A stretch of 64,000 nt of DNA. Source: Phoronis australis. Its lineage: Eukaryota; Animalia; Phoronida. The notes beneath the pieces were generated by a model. It ran no database searches. It saw nothing but the letters and a program-made list of their open reading frames with translations, and was not told the DNA's origin. The position numbers were made by a program, and so were the translations under genes. How positions within the stretch are numbered: position 1 is the stretch's first letter; each line of letters begins with the position of its first letter. Below, in pieces: positions 23,601 to 38,600 of this stretch. The stretch lies in contig NMRA01000003.1 of assembly GCA_002633005.1 (NCBI GenBank), positions 2,723,117 to 2,787,116 on the forward strand, read 5' to 3'.

Positions 23601-26600
23601 CAGAATTATTATTGTTGATAAATATTTCGATGGTTGATGAAGTTTGTGAAAATAAGATTTTCTATACTCCCTTTATAAGGAGTTGTGAGTTTGGCAGGTC
23701 AAAGGGTCATCTTTGCTTGCGTTACAATTTCTTGTTTGTGTTGGTCATGGCATTTTCATGTTTGAGGTGTATGTATTGTGAAATAACAACTTCTAAAAGG
23801 ATATCAAACCTGGTTTTGGCTTATAAACAGAGATTCACAGCAACATTCCCAAGCAGTCATCTAAAACAAATAATGCTCTGTCTGTAACCTTCCTAAGTCA
23901 GTTTAACGGGCAAGTGTGGGTCACACGTTAGGCGAGTTACATGACAATCGTAGGAAAAGGTCACCCAGCAAGAATCATAATATTCTGTCTGTTACACAGT
24001 GAGTATGCACTTTTAGTTGAATTATATTTGTATCACTCAGGTGAAGGTGTTTTAGCGACAGACAGAACAAGGATTGGTTGAAATTGCCAAATCAGAGTTT
24101 AGTAGCCCTTTAAGAAGACTCTGAGGTAATTTCTGCCATGTTTACCCAATGAATGTGCACTATTCCTTGAGACATCCTCTGTTATTTTATTCTTTATGTC
24201 TGTATCACAGTGATCCCTCTGGACTACAGCATTAATGACTACTACAGTCGTGTGAACGCACACTGGATGGAGAATGGGACCACAACTCTCAATCATGTGA
24301 CTGTGTTCTCCACTGGAGGTGGCTACAGGGACCTCCTGGTGAGGTCTGGGCTTACATCAGTGCAACAGGTAAGTTACCATGGTGCCATAACAAACGTGTA
24401 GTCTGTGAAATTGTGTCCTTTTCATTTGCACATTAACCTGTCCCAAGACTTCAGAGTTGGGACAAAGGAGGACTTTCGGAATGCCATTAAGTTTTCTTAG
24501 TTTTGATTCCCTTAAGTTTTTATCTGCTAGTCTGTAGATATGTGGATACATATTGCCGTCATTTCTGTTGGGACGTCTGGCGCCCACTGTTGTATCTCCA
24601 AAACCCATGAGAGGATCTTTATGAAAGTTGGTGGATGTGTTTCTATGGATATGACGATGCATGGCAGTGACGTTTAGATGGATCTGACTTCTGATGTAAC
24701 CCCTAATGGCAATTTTAATATTTTACGTTTGCCTCAGTCTGTATCTTTGGAGTTCCTTGTTGGATTTTCATGAAATTTGGCAAATAGGTTTGGTGGAGTT
24801 AACCTATTCTACACTACCTTTTTATGCGCCCACATATTTATATGTGGACGCATTGTGCCGTCATCTCCATCCGTCTGTCCGTCCGTCCGTCCGTCTGGGC
24901 GGCGTCCGTCCGGCGTCCGCTGCTCTATCTCCAAAACCCTTTGACATACGTTCATGAAATTTGGCACATATGTTCCATTCATGAATGGGACGGCATGTGC
25001 AATCTTTCGGACGGATCCGACTACCGGTGTGCCCCCTAGTGGGAATTTTAGTTTTTTACGCTTACCTTTGTATCTTCAAGTCCTGAACGGATTTTCATGA
25101 AATTTTGTATGTAGGCACCTATTAGTGAGATGACGCTATCCTCCCGTTTTCAGATGGATTTGACATAATTTGCGCCACCTAGTGGCCATTTTTAGTGTTT
25201 TCAAGTCTGTTTTTGTGCGTCCACCCCTTTATCAACCAAACCGCTCAAAGGATGATTGTGAAAATTGGCATGTATATGCTTACTACGTAGAGGACAGTTG
25301 ACGATGATTTTCCGACGATTTCAACTACTGTGGCGCCTCCTAGTGGCAGTTTTGTTATTTTGCGCCTATGGCTGTATCTCCTAAACCGTTCGCAGGATCT
25401 TTACGAAATTGTGTAAGTATATTTATATGATGTTAATAACGGAAGATGATGACCTTTGGACGGATCCAACTACCGGTGTGCCCCCTAGTGGCAATTTTAA
25501 TTTTTTTACGCTTACCTTTGTATCTTCAAAAGTCCTGAACGGATTTTCATGAAATTTGGTATGTAGGCACCTATTAGTGAGATGACGCTATCCTCCTGTT
25601 TTCGGATGGATTCAACATAGTTTGCGCCACCTAGTGGCCATTTTTAGTGTTTTCGAGTCTGTTTTTGTGCGTCCACCCCTCTATCAACCAAACCGCTCAA
25701 AGGATGATTGTGAAAATTGGCATGTATATGCTTACTACGTAGAGGACAGTTGACGATGATGAGCCTGTATTTTTGCGTCCACCCCTTTATCAACCAAACC
25801 GCTCAAAGGATGATTGTGAAAATTGGCGTATATGTGCTTACTATATAGAGGACAGCTGACAATGATTTTCAGACGATTTGGACTACTGTGACGCCTCCTA
25901 GTGGCAGTTTTTTTTTTGTGCCTATGGCTGTATCTCCTAAACCGTTCGCAGGATCTTTATGAAATTTAATAAGTGTATTTATATGATGTTAACAACAGAC
26001 GGTGACGATTTTTGGACGGATCCGCCTACCAGTGTGCCCCCTAGTGGCAATTTTATTTTTTTACGTTTACCTCTGTATCTTCACAAGTCCTTAACGGATT
26101 TTCATGAAATTTCGTATGTAGGCACCTATTAGTGTGATGACGNGCCATAACAAACGTGTAGTCTGTGAAATTGTGTCCTTTCCATTTGCACATTAACCTG
26201 TCCCAAGACTTGAGAGTTGGGACAAAGGAGTACTTTCAGAATAAAGTTTTCTTAGTTTTGATTCCCTTAACTTTTTATCTGCTAGCCTGTTGATATGTGG
26301 ATACATATTGCCGTCATTTCTGTTGGGATATCTGGCGCCCGGTGTTGTATCTCCAAAACCCATTAGAGGATCTTTATGAAAATTAGTGGATGTGTTTCTA
26401 TGGATATGGCGACGCATGGCATTGAGGTTTAGATGGATCTGACTTCTGATGTAACCCCTAGTGGCAATTTTAATATTTTACGTTTGCCTCTGTATCTTTG
26501 GAGTTCCTTGTTGGATTTTCATGAAATTTAACAAATAGGTTTGTTGGAGTTGACCTATTCTACACTAGCTTTTGACCATTTTTATTATTTTCGAGTCTGT

Positions 26601-29600
26601 TTTTGCATCCACCTCTCCTCTGCCAAGCTGCTCGAAGGATCATTATAAAAATGAGCAGACGTGTTCCTGGTGAGAAGACGTCTGCTGACATTGGACAGGT
26701 GTGGCCACTGTGCCATCCCATTGTTTGCAGTTTTGTTTTTTGCAGTTACAACTGTTTCTCCTTATCCACTTGCGGGATCTTTGTGACAGTTTGTGATTTT
26801 CTATCGGGACTTTCCATAGATAAGCCCGTGGGGGTGTATTCGGAAAATGAAAAGTTTCAGGCATTTCAGTAACACCAAATAAATGCCCGGGCGTTTATTT
26901 GGAAAGGGGGAGCGTGTAAACAGACAGTCATAGCCTCAGCTGATATGAAAATATCAGCGATTATGTGCATAAAACTGTGCTTTTTAATTTTAAGTTAATA
27001 AATACATAGTTCGCTAACACTTTGTGCACTTTCATAAATGGTTAAACTGAATTTGTGGCTAAAAGTTGATGCTGAGTAGACTTCCTCACTATCTGGACAC
27101 TTTGACATTAGAAGTTGTAACACCAAAAAAGCCCATAGGCATTTATTCGGCATACTTATCGGGTAGGCTTTAGTCCACTGAACTATCAAGTCCACTGCCT
27201 GATTACAGAAATCCAGTTAAACATGGCATTAATTTGTTATCAAGATCTGTTTTCACCTTTTACTTGCTGTTTTAAGAGAAATCAACATTTTGTCCAGTTC
27301 TTATAGAACACAATCGGCTTGTTTACTCTGCCTAGTTCTCCCACATTCGAGTACACAAGTGCTGTGCATGCACAGCTGGTACATGTAACTGTGGACAAAG
27401 GCAGTAATTCAAAGCATGTTCCTTAATACCTGCTGTTTTTGTTGCAGATTGTTGCTGACAACAGGTCTGTGTCTTCAGTCACTATGTCTATTCCAAGAGC
27501 GTGGGTCTCCGCTGACCATCTGTGCATTGTATGGTGAGTCCTCTTGGCAGTCCGCTGCAAAACAACTTGATGTTTTTGTTTACTCTTCTCATATATACCT
27601 TAGTTTAGAGTTTCAATGAGAATTGTTTCACATGACCTCAGACTAAAGTGATAATTACATCTTATGTTCCTGCACTCTGGTACTAAAACTTAAGCAGAGC
27701 ATCTGGTGTACTCCTGGCCCATTACTATATGTTAATGGCCTCCCAGAGGGACTGACGTACAGCAAAATGGAGTGACTTCCCTGGGCGCATTTATCACATC
27801 GACAGTGTAAGACATTAGTTGCACCTTAACCCTGTTTTTTCTTCAAGTGAAACTTGCACGCTAATTCCTTATCTCTGTGATTTTTGGCCAAATTAGTTAG
27901 AACAACATAAGATGAGATGTGAATATGAAGTAGGTTGAAAATTGCCAAATGTTTTTAAGAATGAGTTTTGTGGTGAAAATGATCTGCCGCTAATCACTGA
28001 ACCGTGTCTAGTGAAGTATCGTGATGTGATGCTGTGGAATAACACGGCATGTTGCGGGCTATGTGAGCCCGCGAGGTACATCATTAGTGCAAAGATCACC
28101 TATTTGCAGATTTTTTTGTTTTCACATTTACAACTGCACTTTGTTTAACATAGACTGTGGTAAAATAGCATTGTCGGTTAGTTCTTGCTATACATTAACA
28201 TTGTTAGGAGCATGCAAATATGTATTTAAATGGTCTACTATTGTGTTCTTTGAGTCAATTCGAAATCCAAAGGCTATGAAAGTTTTATGTAAATTTTGAA
28301 AAGCACTCCTGCTACTTTCAGAATCGTGTTTGGTTCACACAGATATTTATGCATTGTAAGCAACCATCCTGAACTGTGTACAGCTATCTTGACCTGTGTA
28401 AATAATCTTGAACTGTTTACCTCCATCTTGAAGTGTGTGCAATCATCTTGACCTGTGTACCGCCATCTTGAACTGTGTACAGCAATTTTAAACAGTTATT
28501 CACCTCTCACTATACTCACCCGCTGTGAATCTTAGATTACACTTACTGCTTGCATTGGGCTTGACATGTGGCCTGTGCACGTCTGTTGCTATTCAGGTAT
28601 CGGACAGCCTGCAAAGTTTTTTTTTACTGCTTGTAACCGTCACAACTATTCTATTCTTCTCACATCATATACAGCTCTCACATTACTCTTCTGTTCTCTT
28701 CAGGTGTAATGAGTTTGTGTTGGCCACCAAGAGAGCCATGTTTGACCTAATTGATGTCAAAACTGGACAGATTACTACGGACCCCGAGTACAGGGTGCGC
28801 GTGTTCCAACATCATTTCCACCACAATCCGGGCTACGCATTCACTTTTGATCCACCCAGTAGTGTTGGTCTGAAGAGCATTAAATGGGAAGTTAAGGACC
28901 AGTTACAATGGAGCTTCACAAGAGACGAGGTAACAGGAGTGAGAAAGATGCGAAGGAGATTATCTGTCGTGATCAAATATTTTGAAACCACTATAAACCA
29001 TGTTGTTGAGTCACTAAGAACTATCGTCACAGGAGGTGTTCTTCCACATCATCGTTGTCTATTATCATTTGTTTGATTTTAAAATCAAAAATAAAATGTC
29101 TGCAGCTCCCCCTATTGTCCATATTGCTTCAGCACCTGACAAGTAATTTGGTGATCCGTCTCCAACTGAAAGCAGTTCTTTTCAAGCTCTTATCTCAGTA
29201 TGGAAAATGAGTTTTATAATTCGTGATAAGTGGCTTCAATCACATGTTGTCATTTGAAAGAAGGCAAAAGTTTATTGCACATTTAACATTTAAGATTTTG
29301 TAGTCTCTGTTGATCAGTCATGAAGAACCTGTGCTGAATAAGCATCTCACAGGTGTGTACTGCACATTAGCCCTATTCCGTTAGGCTCTTGGGCTCTCTA
29401 CCATGTGATACATTCACACTCCCTGCTTGCATGCCCTTCGACCTGCTGTCACTGTTTATTTCACTGTTAATTTCGCTTTCACCTATTGCTTGATGATGAG
29501 ACATGTGGTCTCGAAATACAGCAACTATTTTGACTTGTTTGTCCGTTATGTCTCTTTGTGTTTCGCCTCGTAACTGCACGTAGACAGGAGATTGTATGGA

Positions 29601-32600
29601 GACTACGAGCGAGTATATATTAATTAAACTGTCCAACAAAAAGTAGGTCTACAGTCGCGCCTTCTACCAAGTTTTTGTCAATGAAGGACTGCTACCCAAC
29701 TATACTGATATTTAACTTTATGAATCGTTAGATCTGTTTTACATAATTCTGCAATATGTTGTGTTACTGGTATTTCTAGATTAAGAAAACAAGATACTTG
29801 GTAGTTCCTGTCGTTCAAGGCTTGAGCTTTGTTGCTGTGACAACCATTCCTGGAGATACTTGGATAGTTGGCTGTATTGATGGTGAAAATATTCAACAAT
29901 GGTATAACTCTTGATGAATTTTATTTGATTTATGGTTTTCATGACCAGCATTTTTTGCCTCATGTTACAAGGCTTAAGTTGTCATCATTAGGTTGCGTGA
30001 ACCTATAAAAACAAGCTATCATTTTCATCCAAGACGCACTGTATGGCCACTTTTCATTCGACAATGAACTGTTGATTTTATCATAAACTTGATTTTATTG
30101 GGACTTGTCAATCATAAATATAATAAACTACATTTAGGGAAATGTGAGGCTGTTACGAGATGCTTCCAGTGATGAAATAATAACTGGTGACGTGTTCACT
30201 AATATGTGTGTAATGAAAATAACGTCAGCCACATTGTTTGTAATTTTAGTGCTTGTATCAATACCAATGTCTGTTTTACATGATGTGTTCTGATCCTCCC
30301 AGTTCTGAAGGTGTAAACTTATCACCGATAACCAGGCTTATTGCTCCTGCCAAACTGGGCCGAAAGGTAAGTCTACTGCTTCTGTCTGCCAGGGTGTCTG
30401 CCAGCTGTTCTGATACTCACTGCTGCGGTGACTTTGACTATGATCTAAAATTATTTAATATGTAATGTTTATAACAGAAATTATAATAAGCTAACATTTT
30501 TCCTGCAGTGTGGCAATTTACTTTCATCACAGGATGTAATATCACTTGATTGTAATTTTTTGTAAACTTAACGAGCACTGGATTGGTATTGGTTAAGTAT
30601 GATTCAGTCTTGGGTTTCTTTCTTAATTATTTTGCTAATTGTGTTATGCACTGGTCATGTGGTATTTATGTTGGTTGTTACTAACTCCAGATGATTGTTT
30701 TAAACGAAGAAGACCTCCTAGACTTCACCCACCTGTTGATTTCAGTACCAGTGTCTCGTACAAAGGTAAGTGTTCTGGTACACATCTGAGAAATGTTAAA
30801 GATGCAATGTTATATGGCACAAGGCCACGCCTTGTTGTAGAATGACCTGTGTCATTTTCTTTAAACTAGAAAAACATTTTGTTCATGTGTGCCCCTGAAT
30901 AGAATGCATGTTTAGAATGTATCATTTGATAATTATTTGTGAAATATTGTGTTGAAAATTTCTTGAATTCTTTGTTTCTGTTCCTCAGGTGGAAATATCA
31001 GCCGAGTTGTTCAACATGACTGAGCGTACCGTGACTTTCCACGCGCCAGGGTTCTGGAGCAGTGTGTTTGCTGGTCCAGTCAGCCTCATCTCTCCGGGTC
31101 ATGTTATTCCTGTCACCCAACCAGGGGCCATGTTCTACAATATAACTGTTGCGGGCTTAGGCAATATCTGGCAAGCCATTCAAGCTAGACTAGTGTCAAC
31201 AGAGTGTAGCCAGGACACTCGATTGAGTAAGGAACGTTTATAGTTTTTGACTCCCAGAAACATTGCAGTTTCCTTTATTCATTGCTAATACTTTTGTTTA
31301 AAGGATACTAATCCCTGTTGTGATGATTTCAACCAATCCTGGTTCTGTTACTTGTTAATGCATCATTGACATCAATCTTCAAAGGAATCAACTAAATACT
31401 CCCTATCTGACAAATTGAATATTGGGTCCTTGGTGGGTGGCTTCTTGTTGTGTAATTTGCTAAATGTGTAGGTCATGCTTGCACGGCCGTTTACTGCACT
31501 TTGTAAGGAGTTTTCAATTTTTCCTCCTAACTTTTGAGAGTTGTCATGGGCTACAGAGCACTATTTTGTTTCAGAGAACTGGATGGGACAGTCGCTTTTA
31601 GTGTCTGTTAATAGGCCAAAACCGGGCTTGGTATCCTTTTAATTAAGTGATTTTTGCCACAAAACAGCAAGTTTAACAAGTATATCACCATCAATTGATC
31701 TCTTTCGTACATACATCATGTGTCATTACAGATGTGGTAGATGGCAGTCTGATGACCTTGTCAGTTCCTTGGAATATGGAGGATGTTACATCTTACTCAA
31801 GGTATTCACAAAAGAGGTCATTGTTTCCTTAGCACTGATCTGGGCTGTGTTCCTTGGATGCAAGAAACTTGCAAAGATGCAAGATGACACAAGTCTTTGT
31901 GAGATGTTACCATGCATTACTAGTGAAGCATGTGATTACACTAGCTTTACTGGCGAGTGTCTTGTGCCTATGGAATGCTGCCCAGACCGCCACCTGTGGG
32001 TACTTTTATAAACATCTGTTAGTTCATCTGGAAGATTTATGGTGTTTTGACAAACCTAATCTTGTTGTACTTAAAATCATGATACCAAGCAATGGGACAT
32101 TATAATGTTTTAGGGTCTAATTAGTGCATTACTCGACTCCTTGTGTCACAGGCACCCAGTGTGGTTGAGTTACATATTGTTTTCATTATTATAAAAATTG
32201 GACAATTTGTTTCATCCAATGATAATGAGAATGCATCAACTACTTGGTAAGCTCCTGTGAGTTTATTTCTAAAACTCTAGTTTTCAGATTTTGAAGTCTT
32301 ATAGCCACATTCTGAAATACTATGATGTCACTCTGATTCTTTGGTATTCACCCACAATTTTGCTCATTTTAGGACTATTATCTAGCTCCTGCTTATGGTT
32401 ATTTTACATCAAAATTAGTTGATCTTTCACCTTTCTAATTTCAATAAGTTCTGCGACATTTTCTCTGCATTGAATTGCAGTCCTGTATCAAAAATTAGAC
32501 AGACTACTTCAGAATGGGGTGGACTACATTGTTTTTTAGTTGTCAATCTCTGCGCAGGGCCCGGGGCTATCCTCCAAACTTCAAACTTGAATTATTGCTA

Positions 32601-35600
32601 ATATGACAATTTCCATATTATTTCTACTTTAATACAAGGTCAAGATTTGTAGATTTTTTCCTGTGCCTGAGTACATTATGGTTTACACAGATGAGTTTCT
32701 AGTCCAAGTTCACACTTGAATTTTGAATCCTGACTCGAACTTATATCTTTAAAGTATTAGGATCAGCAAGTACAAACTAAGGCTAGACAGTCATCCAGGT
32801 AAACCATTCCATACCATTGCTCAGAATAATAAATACTTATCTTGAGTTTAACAGTACAACAGAAAATGTCAAAAATGATTTTGAGTTCAATTTCGAGTAC
32901 AAAGACGAGATCCAGGCCCTTATTAAGTGTGTTAACTGTTAGTGAGCTAACTTTTCGAAAGTCGGATCTGTCATGCAGCATGTTTTAATGCTTCTAACAA
33001 AGAAGAGAGTTGAATGTGAGACATGGATTTTGTGATATGTTAGTGTTTTACAAGAAGTGTTGTTGTCTTGCAGTTCTAACGAGACTGACAACCTAATCTC
33101 AGCGAAGCTAATGATGGCTAAACCAGTCGATTTCTCTGACGATCCGTCTGTGTTGCTACTTCTCAACCCATCCTGTACCTACAGTGTGTCGATGGCGGGA
33201 AGCTTTCAGGAAACTCTGGGACAGGTGCTTGAGCTGACAATGTCATGGTCACTGGCTAAGTACAATTATACTGAAATACCCCATATTTTCACCATGTTTT
33301 GGTCCGATGATGGTCGGAGTAATTTCCAATTGACACATTGTGAAAAATCTCATGTAGAGGTTTGTGCAATTAAATGAAACAATGAATTCATAATTCAACT
33401 ACAAAGCGTAAATGAACTTCCACAAAAGTTCTTCAATTTGGGACAAAACTGATTGCCAAGATTGTCCTATTTCTATTTTTCAGACTTGTACTACATTCTT
33501 GCAAATGCTCAAAATTTTACCTAAAGTTGTTCGCTAATAGCTATGCCATTCAAACCGTGCTAAAAGCATAGCAAATTTTCATGAAAGGGTATTTCCATTC
33601 TTGAGAAATTTGACGAAATGAAATTTCACCTGTTTGCCATTTAGTATCCCAAATTGAATTTTATTTACCATACTCAGGAGTGTGGCTTGTTACTAAACAG
33701 CTATCATCATGTTTGTGAATAAAATCCCCGATCATCTTAATACTGTGTTGCTAACTCACTGCTTAATATTTCAATTAATATCTTTACATTTATTGTCTTC
33801 AGGGAATCATTTGCTATCGATTCCCAATACATCATTTCCTTTCGCAGTCAGTTTTAACTCTTAATTAATGCTGCCTCGTGGTTGCGTAATGGCACACATT
33901 GTCTATCGTTGAAATGGCATAATTATTTTTATTATGTATTCAACTACATTGATTATCTCAAATGTTGAACAGCTGGCTCACGCTAATTAATAATTCACCA
34001 TTAATTGCTCATGCTTCATTAGTTGTGATTAATTCCCAGCTGCAGTTTTTTTTTATTATGACCATGTTCATGATTCAGTGTAATTTTACTGTTTCACATG
34101 GACACTAAGGTGTTTATCTTACTTGCCCTTCAAGCACTATTTGTCTTGTGCTGAATGATGTGTGTATAGTGTCTGGCATTTACAATCAGTTTCGCACTCT
34201 CTTTTAACACCAGTCAAACAATAATTTTTTAGACTTTAATATGTCCGTGCTAATATAGCATTACATACTAAATCATTGTTGTATTAATTATTTCAATTGC
34301 AAATAAATAATAATGTAACTGCTGTGACTTTGCATCCTATGTGGCATGGAAAAAATTCATTCTTGTGTTGACAATTGGCCAGTTGCTAAATTTCAGAGAA
34401 AATCAAGTTTATGCTTTGCATCTTTATTAAAGACCTTGATTCTGCTGTGTATTTCAGTCTGAAGCCAAACATTTGTGACTGATACGCACGACTGTACTTT
34501 CTCACTGGTAGTTGAGGTACTGCCATTGGCAGTTAAAATTTGCCTAGCAGCAGGTCAACTTCAACTATTAACTATTTTGTTTTGTATGGATTTGCTGTTG
34601 TCTTGAGTAGATCATCTGTGGCAGTGTTGAGTGGGGTGTAGGTAGTCATCGGTCTGCCAAATAACAAATTGTTTACCTCAGTTTTAAAAAGCTCACTTGA
34701 AGTCTGAGTGTATTAAAAAATGATATTGAATTGTCATTTCATTTTGCACAGTGACTAAGTATAATGATTGCTTATCGACTGTGTGTGAAACATGAGAATT
34801 TGCTGTCAAGTCACAGGCAGTAGGAACATGTAAGTCAGCACCAAAGCAATAAAATACAATAACTGAATTCTTAATAGGATACTAAACCTGAAACTTGCCT
34901 TATTAACATTATGTAGGACCTCACTGTGTATTTTGCCAAATACCGTATCTACAAAACTATAGGTTTTAACTCCATAAAAGTATACGTTTTCTGACAGAAA
35001 CCAGTAGAATTTCAATTTTTTAAATTTATACCAATCTCCCATTAATCGTATCACGTGACCTTAAAAGATACATTGTTATCAGAACAATGGTGATCTTAAC
35101 CTGCCAAAATGGCATTTGGTATAAATGTTCAAGATAAAATCTCAAAAACCTGCTGTTTATTAAATTACTATTTCCTTCTCGGTTTATGCAGCTTGATTCT
35201 TTCAGAAAAATCATAAAAGTCCTATTTTTTGGGTAGCACCTCATGCAAATTGAAATATTTTATCTACAATTCCTAAAAGCATGGGGGAGCATTGTGCATG
35301 AGGCATAGAATGGGAAAGTTTCACATAAATCTGATCTGTCATTTCTGAGATTTAACCTTAACTGAGATTGAAGTCAAGGTAACGTTTAAATCCTTGGAAC
35401 AAAATAATTTTCTGTAGACCTTCACCAACCCTTTAAAGTTTGATTCAAGTCCAACTTAAGAAAACATTGGAGAGTTTGCATGCCTTGAACTACCAAATTA
35501 ATTGTATTACACAGTAAGAGCATGCTTTTGGCTGAGAAATACTTCCATCTTTCTTGGGAAGTAGTAACTACCCAATAGCAGACGATGGAAGCAATTTTGA

Positions 35601-38600
35601 GTAAAATTGTCAAAATGCGGTTTAGTATCCTTTTAAGTTTACATAGTCTGTTTTTAGTCATGTTGTCTATTCATTGTAGTGTTATTGGTGAACACCAGGT
35701 GTCCTGTCAGCACTATCCTCGTCCTCTTCCATGTCATCCATTATCACCTTCAGAAAGCTTGCCTTGTTTTCACCTGCTCTACTGTTTCTCGAATGTCTCT
35801 GTTCATTTGCTAAACTGAGATGCTCTGTTTGCTGTTGAACAGAACCTGCTAATGATCGTTGCTGACTTTCGGGTCGTCGAAATTTTTCTAAACTTTTCCT
35901 GGAAACCTGTTCCCGTAATAGTGCTTTGCGTTTCTTAAAGTTTTCAGATTCGGTACCAAAACTTACAGGTCGTGTCCTGATATTACGAAACTTATACAAA
36001 CCACTTACAGCGGTATTCTCTTGCACATCTTTGTAATTAAGTAAAGCATCGAATGCTCTTGAGACGGCGCTGTTCGAAAAGATGTTAGAGTTATTTAATG
36101 TCTGTACTGTTTGAGCTGAAGACTGTCGCGTTGACCGACGTGAAGGTAAACTATGCCTCAGGTTGATTATTTCTTCATCACTGTCAATAGTGAAGTCTGT
36201 TAGGGGGTACATCTGTCTTTGCGAACTAACACTGTCGTCAATTGTTACGCAGTTAAGCAAGTTATTTGAAGGGCTCTTAGTGTTAAGTTTAAACTGGTCC
36301 ACCTCACTGACGGAGGATATGTCCCCATCGTACTTGGAGGATGTGGCCGTCCGTTCACTTCCTGCGGAGTGGCGTGAACTGCTTGTTGACTCAGTTCCAG
36401 GTTTTTTATCCCAACCGTTTCTACTTCCTGCTGATGGTTGTGGGCTAGCAGTCTCTGTCTTCTTTCCTTTCAAAATTCGATCGTGGATTGCCTTTCTCTG
36501 CGCCTCATAGTGTAGACTCATCTGGTTGATATGTGCCATGAGGCTGTCAAAGTCTTCATCTTTCTCAACAAACTTGCCTGTGTCAGTGAGATAAGTTTTT
36601 TTGTTTATCACTGTCTGGGAGTCACTCCGACTGCTCATCACACGAATATTTTGCCGAGTTTTCTTAGGCGGTGCACTATGTCTTTGTGATTTCTTGTGTG
36701 CCCACGATGCATCAGAACGGGGTGTGATATTCTCACGCCAAGCCTCAATTTCAACTTGCCGCGAAGGAGACAAGCTGCGTTTCTTATCTTCTTCTTGAAT
36801 GTAGTACTCCAATAGTCTATCTTTGTAGCTTTGGTCCCATTCACTTAGGTGCTTATGACGCTCCACCTGCTGGCGGTGCAAGGTACTACCAGAGTTGACT
36901 AGACTTCGTGGATTGATGCTAGTCTCAAGACTAGCTAAAGTTTGTATGTTCATGTCTAACATTCCTTGCTTCATCCTATCTGAAAGGAAAATTATAAGTC
37001 ATTCAGTTAAATTTGTTCCTGTTGTGGTTTTTATGTTCGTCAAAATTCTATATTCCTTTTATAACCCAAGCAATGGTATTGAGTATAGCTCAGACTGGCA
37101 TTATGATGTGCTATTTATTGAATTGTTTTGGTGGCAAATTTTAAGCATTCTAACAGTTGAACATCAAGTTCCTCTTAATGAAGGCATTTTTAAATGTTAA
37201 AACAAGCACTGGAGCATGATGTTGAACACATCAAGGGGATGAAGGGAAGGTATGGCATATTATTCGAGTATGGTCTTATCTCACAAATCACCTAAGGCTA
37301 TGATGTCATGTAGCAACTTCTTTGTGAACTCTTAGCTATGATACATCTTACCGATGTGTATCAGTTCTAACTGATTGCTTCTAATGTTATGTGATGTCTA
37401 CCCAACAATCCTGATGTCAGAATAAGACTAGATGATGTCATGACAACAAGTGTACAATATCCTTTATTCTAATTAACTGTTTACTCAACAATAAGGTCAT
37501 TCTGCTCCGTCTGTGCTAACAAGGAATCGATTAATGGGTGCTACTTCAGACGGAGGTGTTTGTTGTTTTAAGAAGCACAACAGTAAACTATAGATATTAC
37601 CAATCAATACGTAAATTGATTGATTTGGGTATTATTCTTTGTTGTTTCAACTAGTAAGGATGTCCAATTAGGTGTCCTTTGGTGAGGTTCTGCATTTCAC
37701 AATTTTGTCATGAATTAGATAAATGTTAAAACTGTTATAGAACTAAAAAGTGGCAACGTTATTTTAAATTTTCATTTTTATTTTGCATAAAAAGCTTGTT
37801 GATGGTACATGGAAATTGAACTTTAACTTTGTTGTTCTTAAGTTATGTCTAATGATGTCACTTGTTTACCAAAAGAGGCTTGTGCAGTATTTTGTTAATA
37901 CCCAGGACTGCTAATAACCAATCAAAACATGTGCACCTTTTGTTAAAAACTTCAATTTTTTGTAAGTGATTACAGTAACATTTATTGTGTTTATGCAATG
38001 TCTGTAACAGCTTTCAGCCAATACTAAATAATTGGTTAGTCAGTGGGACTCTGCTCTGACATAACTGACTTGGGGCCAAGTCAAAATGGAGATCTGTGCA
38101 CATGTATCTCTTATTTAGTTTCAATTTCAGACAAATGATTTCCAAATCGTGATATCAATCTTATCCATTGTTAAACATTCGTGCAATCTTTTGTCCACAT
38201 CACAAACTGCACCCAAATTATCTACCATCATGATGAATACTTGAAGGAATTCAGTTACATTTTTTGGCTAATTCTGATGTTGCATTTCTTTGGGGAAAAT
38301 GATCCCAATGTAACTTTTCACAAGTAATTCTATTTCTAGAGCCAGACAGTTGAAAGTTGTACGTTTCAGTGTACAATATTGCAATTTACTATAAGCTAAT
38401 GGTTTTTTGTTGTAAAGTCATTGCTAATGTGGAATGTGGTCTGCTCCACACAAAAGGAACTCAGATCAGTGTTCATGATAAGGACAGTTGATGAGATCAG
38501 AAGTTCTTGTACAAATCCATTAACTACCTACTAGGTGCTGTGAAACAAGTCGAGTTTCTAATGAACGCAAATAAGCTCAGCTTATATCTCATGTCTCCAC

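Noticed and set aside
24960-26142. Regularly spaced conserved motifs resembling a CRISPR array
   Set aside because: The intervening sequences are homologous to each other (tandem satellite monomers, not unique spacers), the context is a eukaryotic intron, and there are no cas genes.
31631-31640. U12-type donor-like GTATCCTTT (also near 35626)
   Set aside because: Not at any exon boundary needed by the gene models; all modelled introns are ordinary GT-AG.
36163-37200. Plus-strand ORFs of 115, 65 and 101 aa
   Set aside because: Antisense shadows of the 430-aa minus-strand ORF; PGAP1 exons 17 and 18 join directly (LGQ|VGRF) without them.
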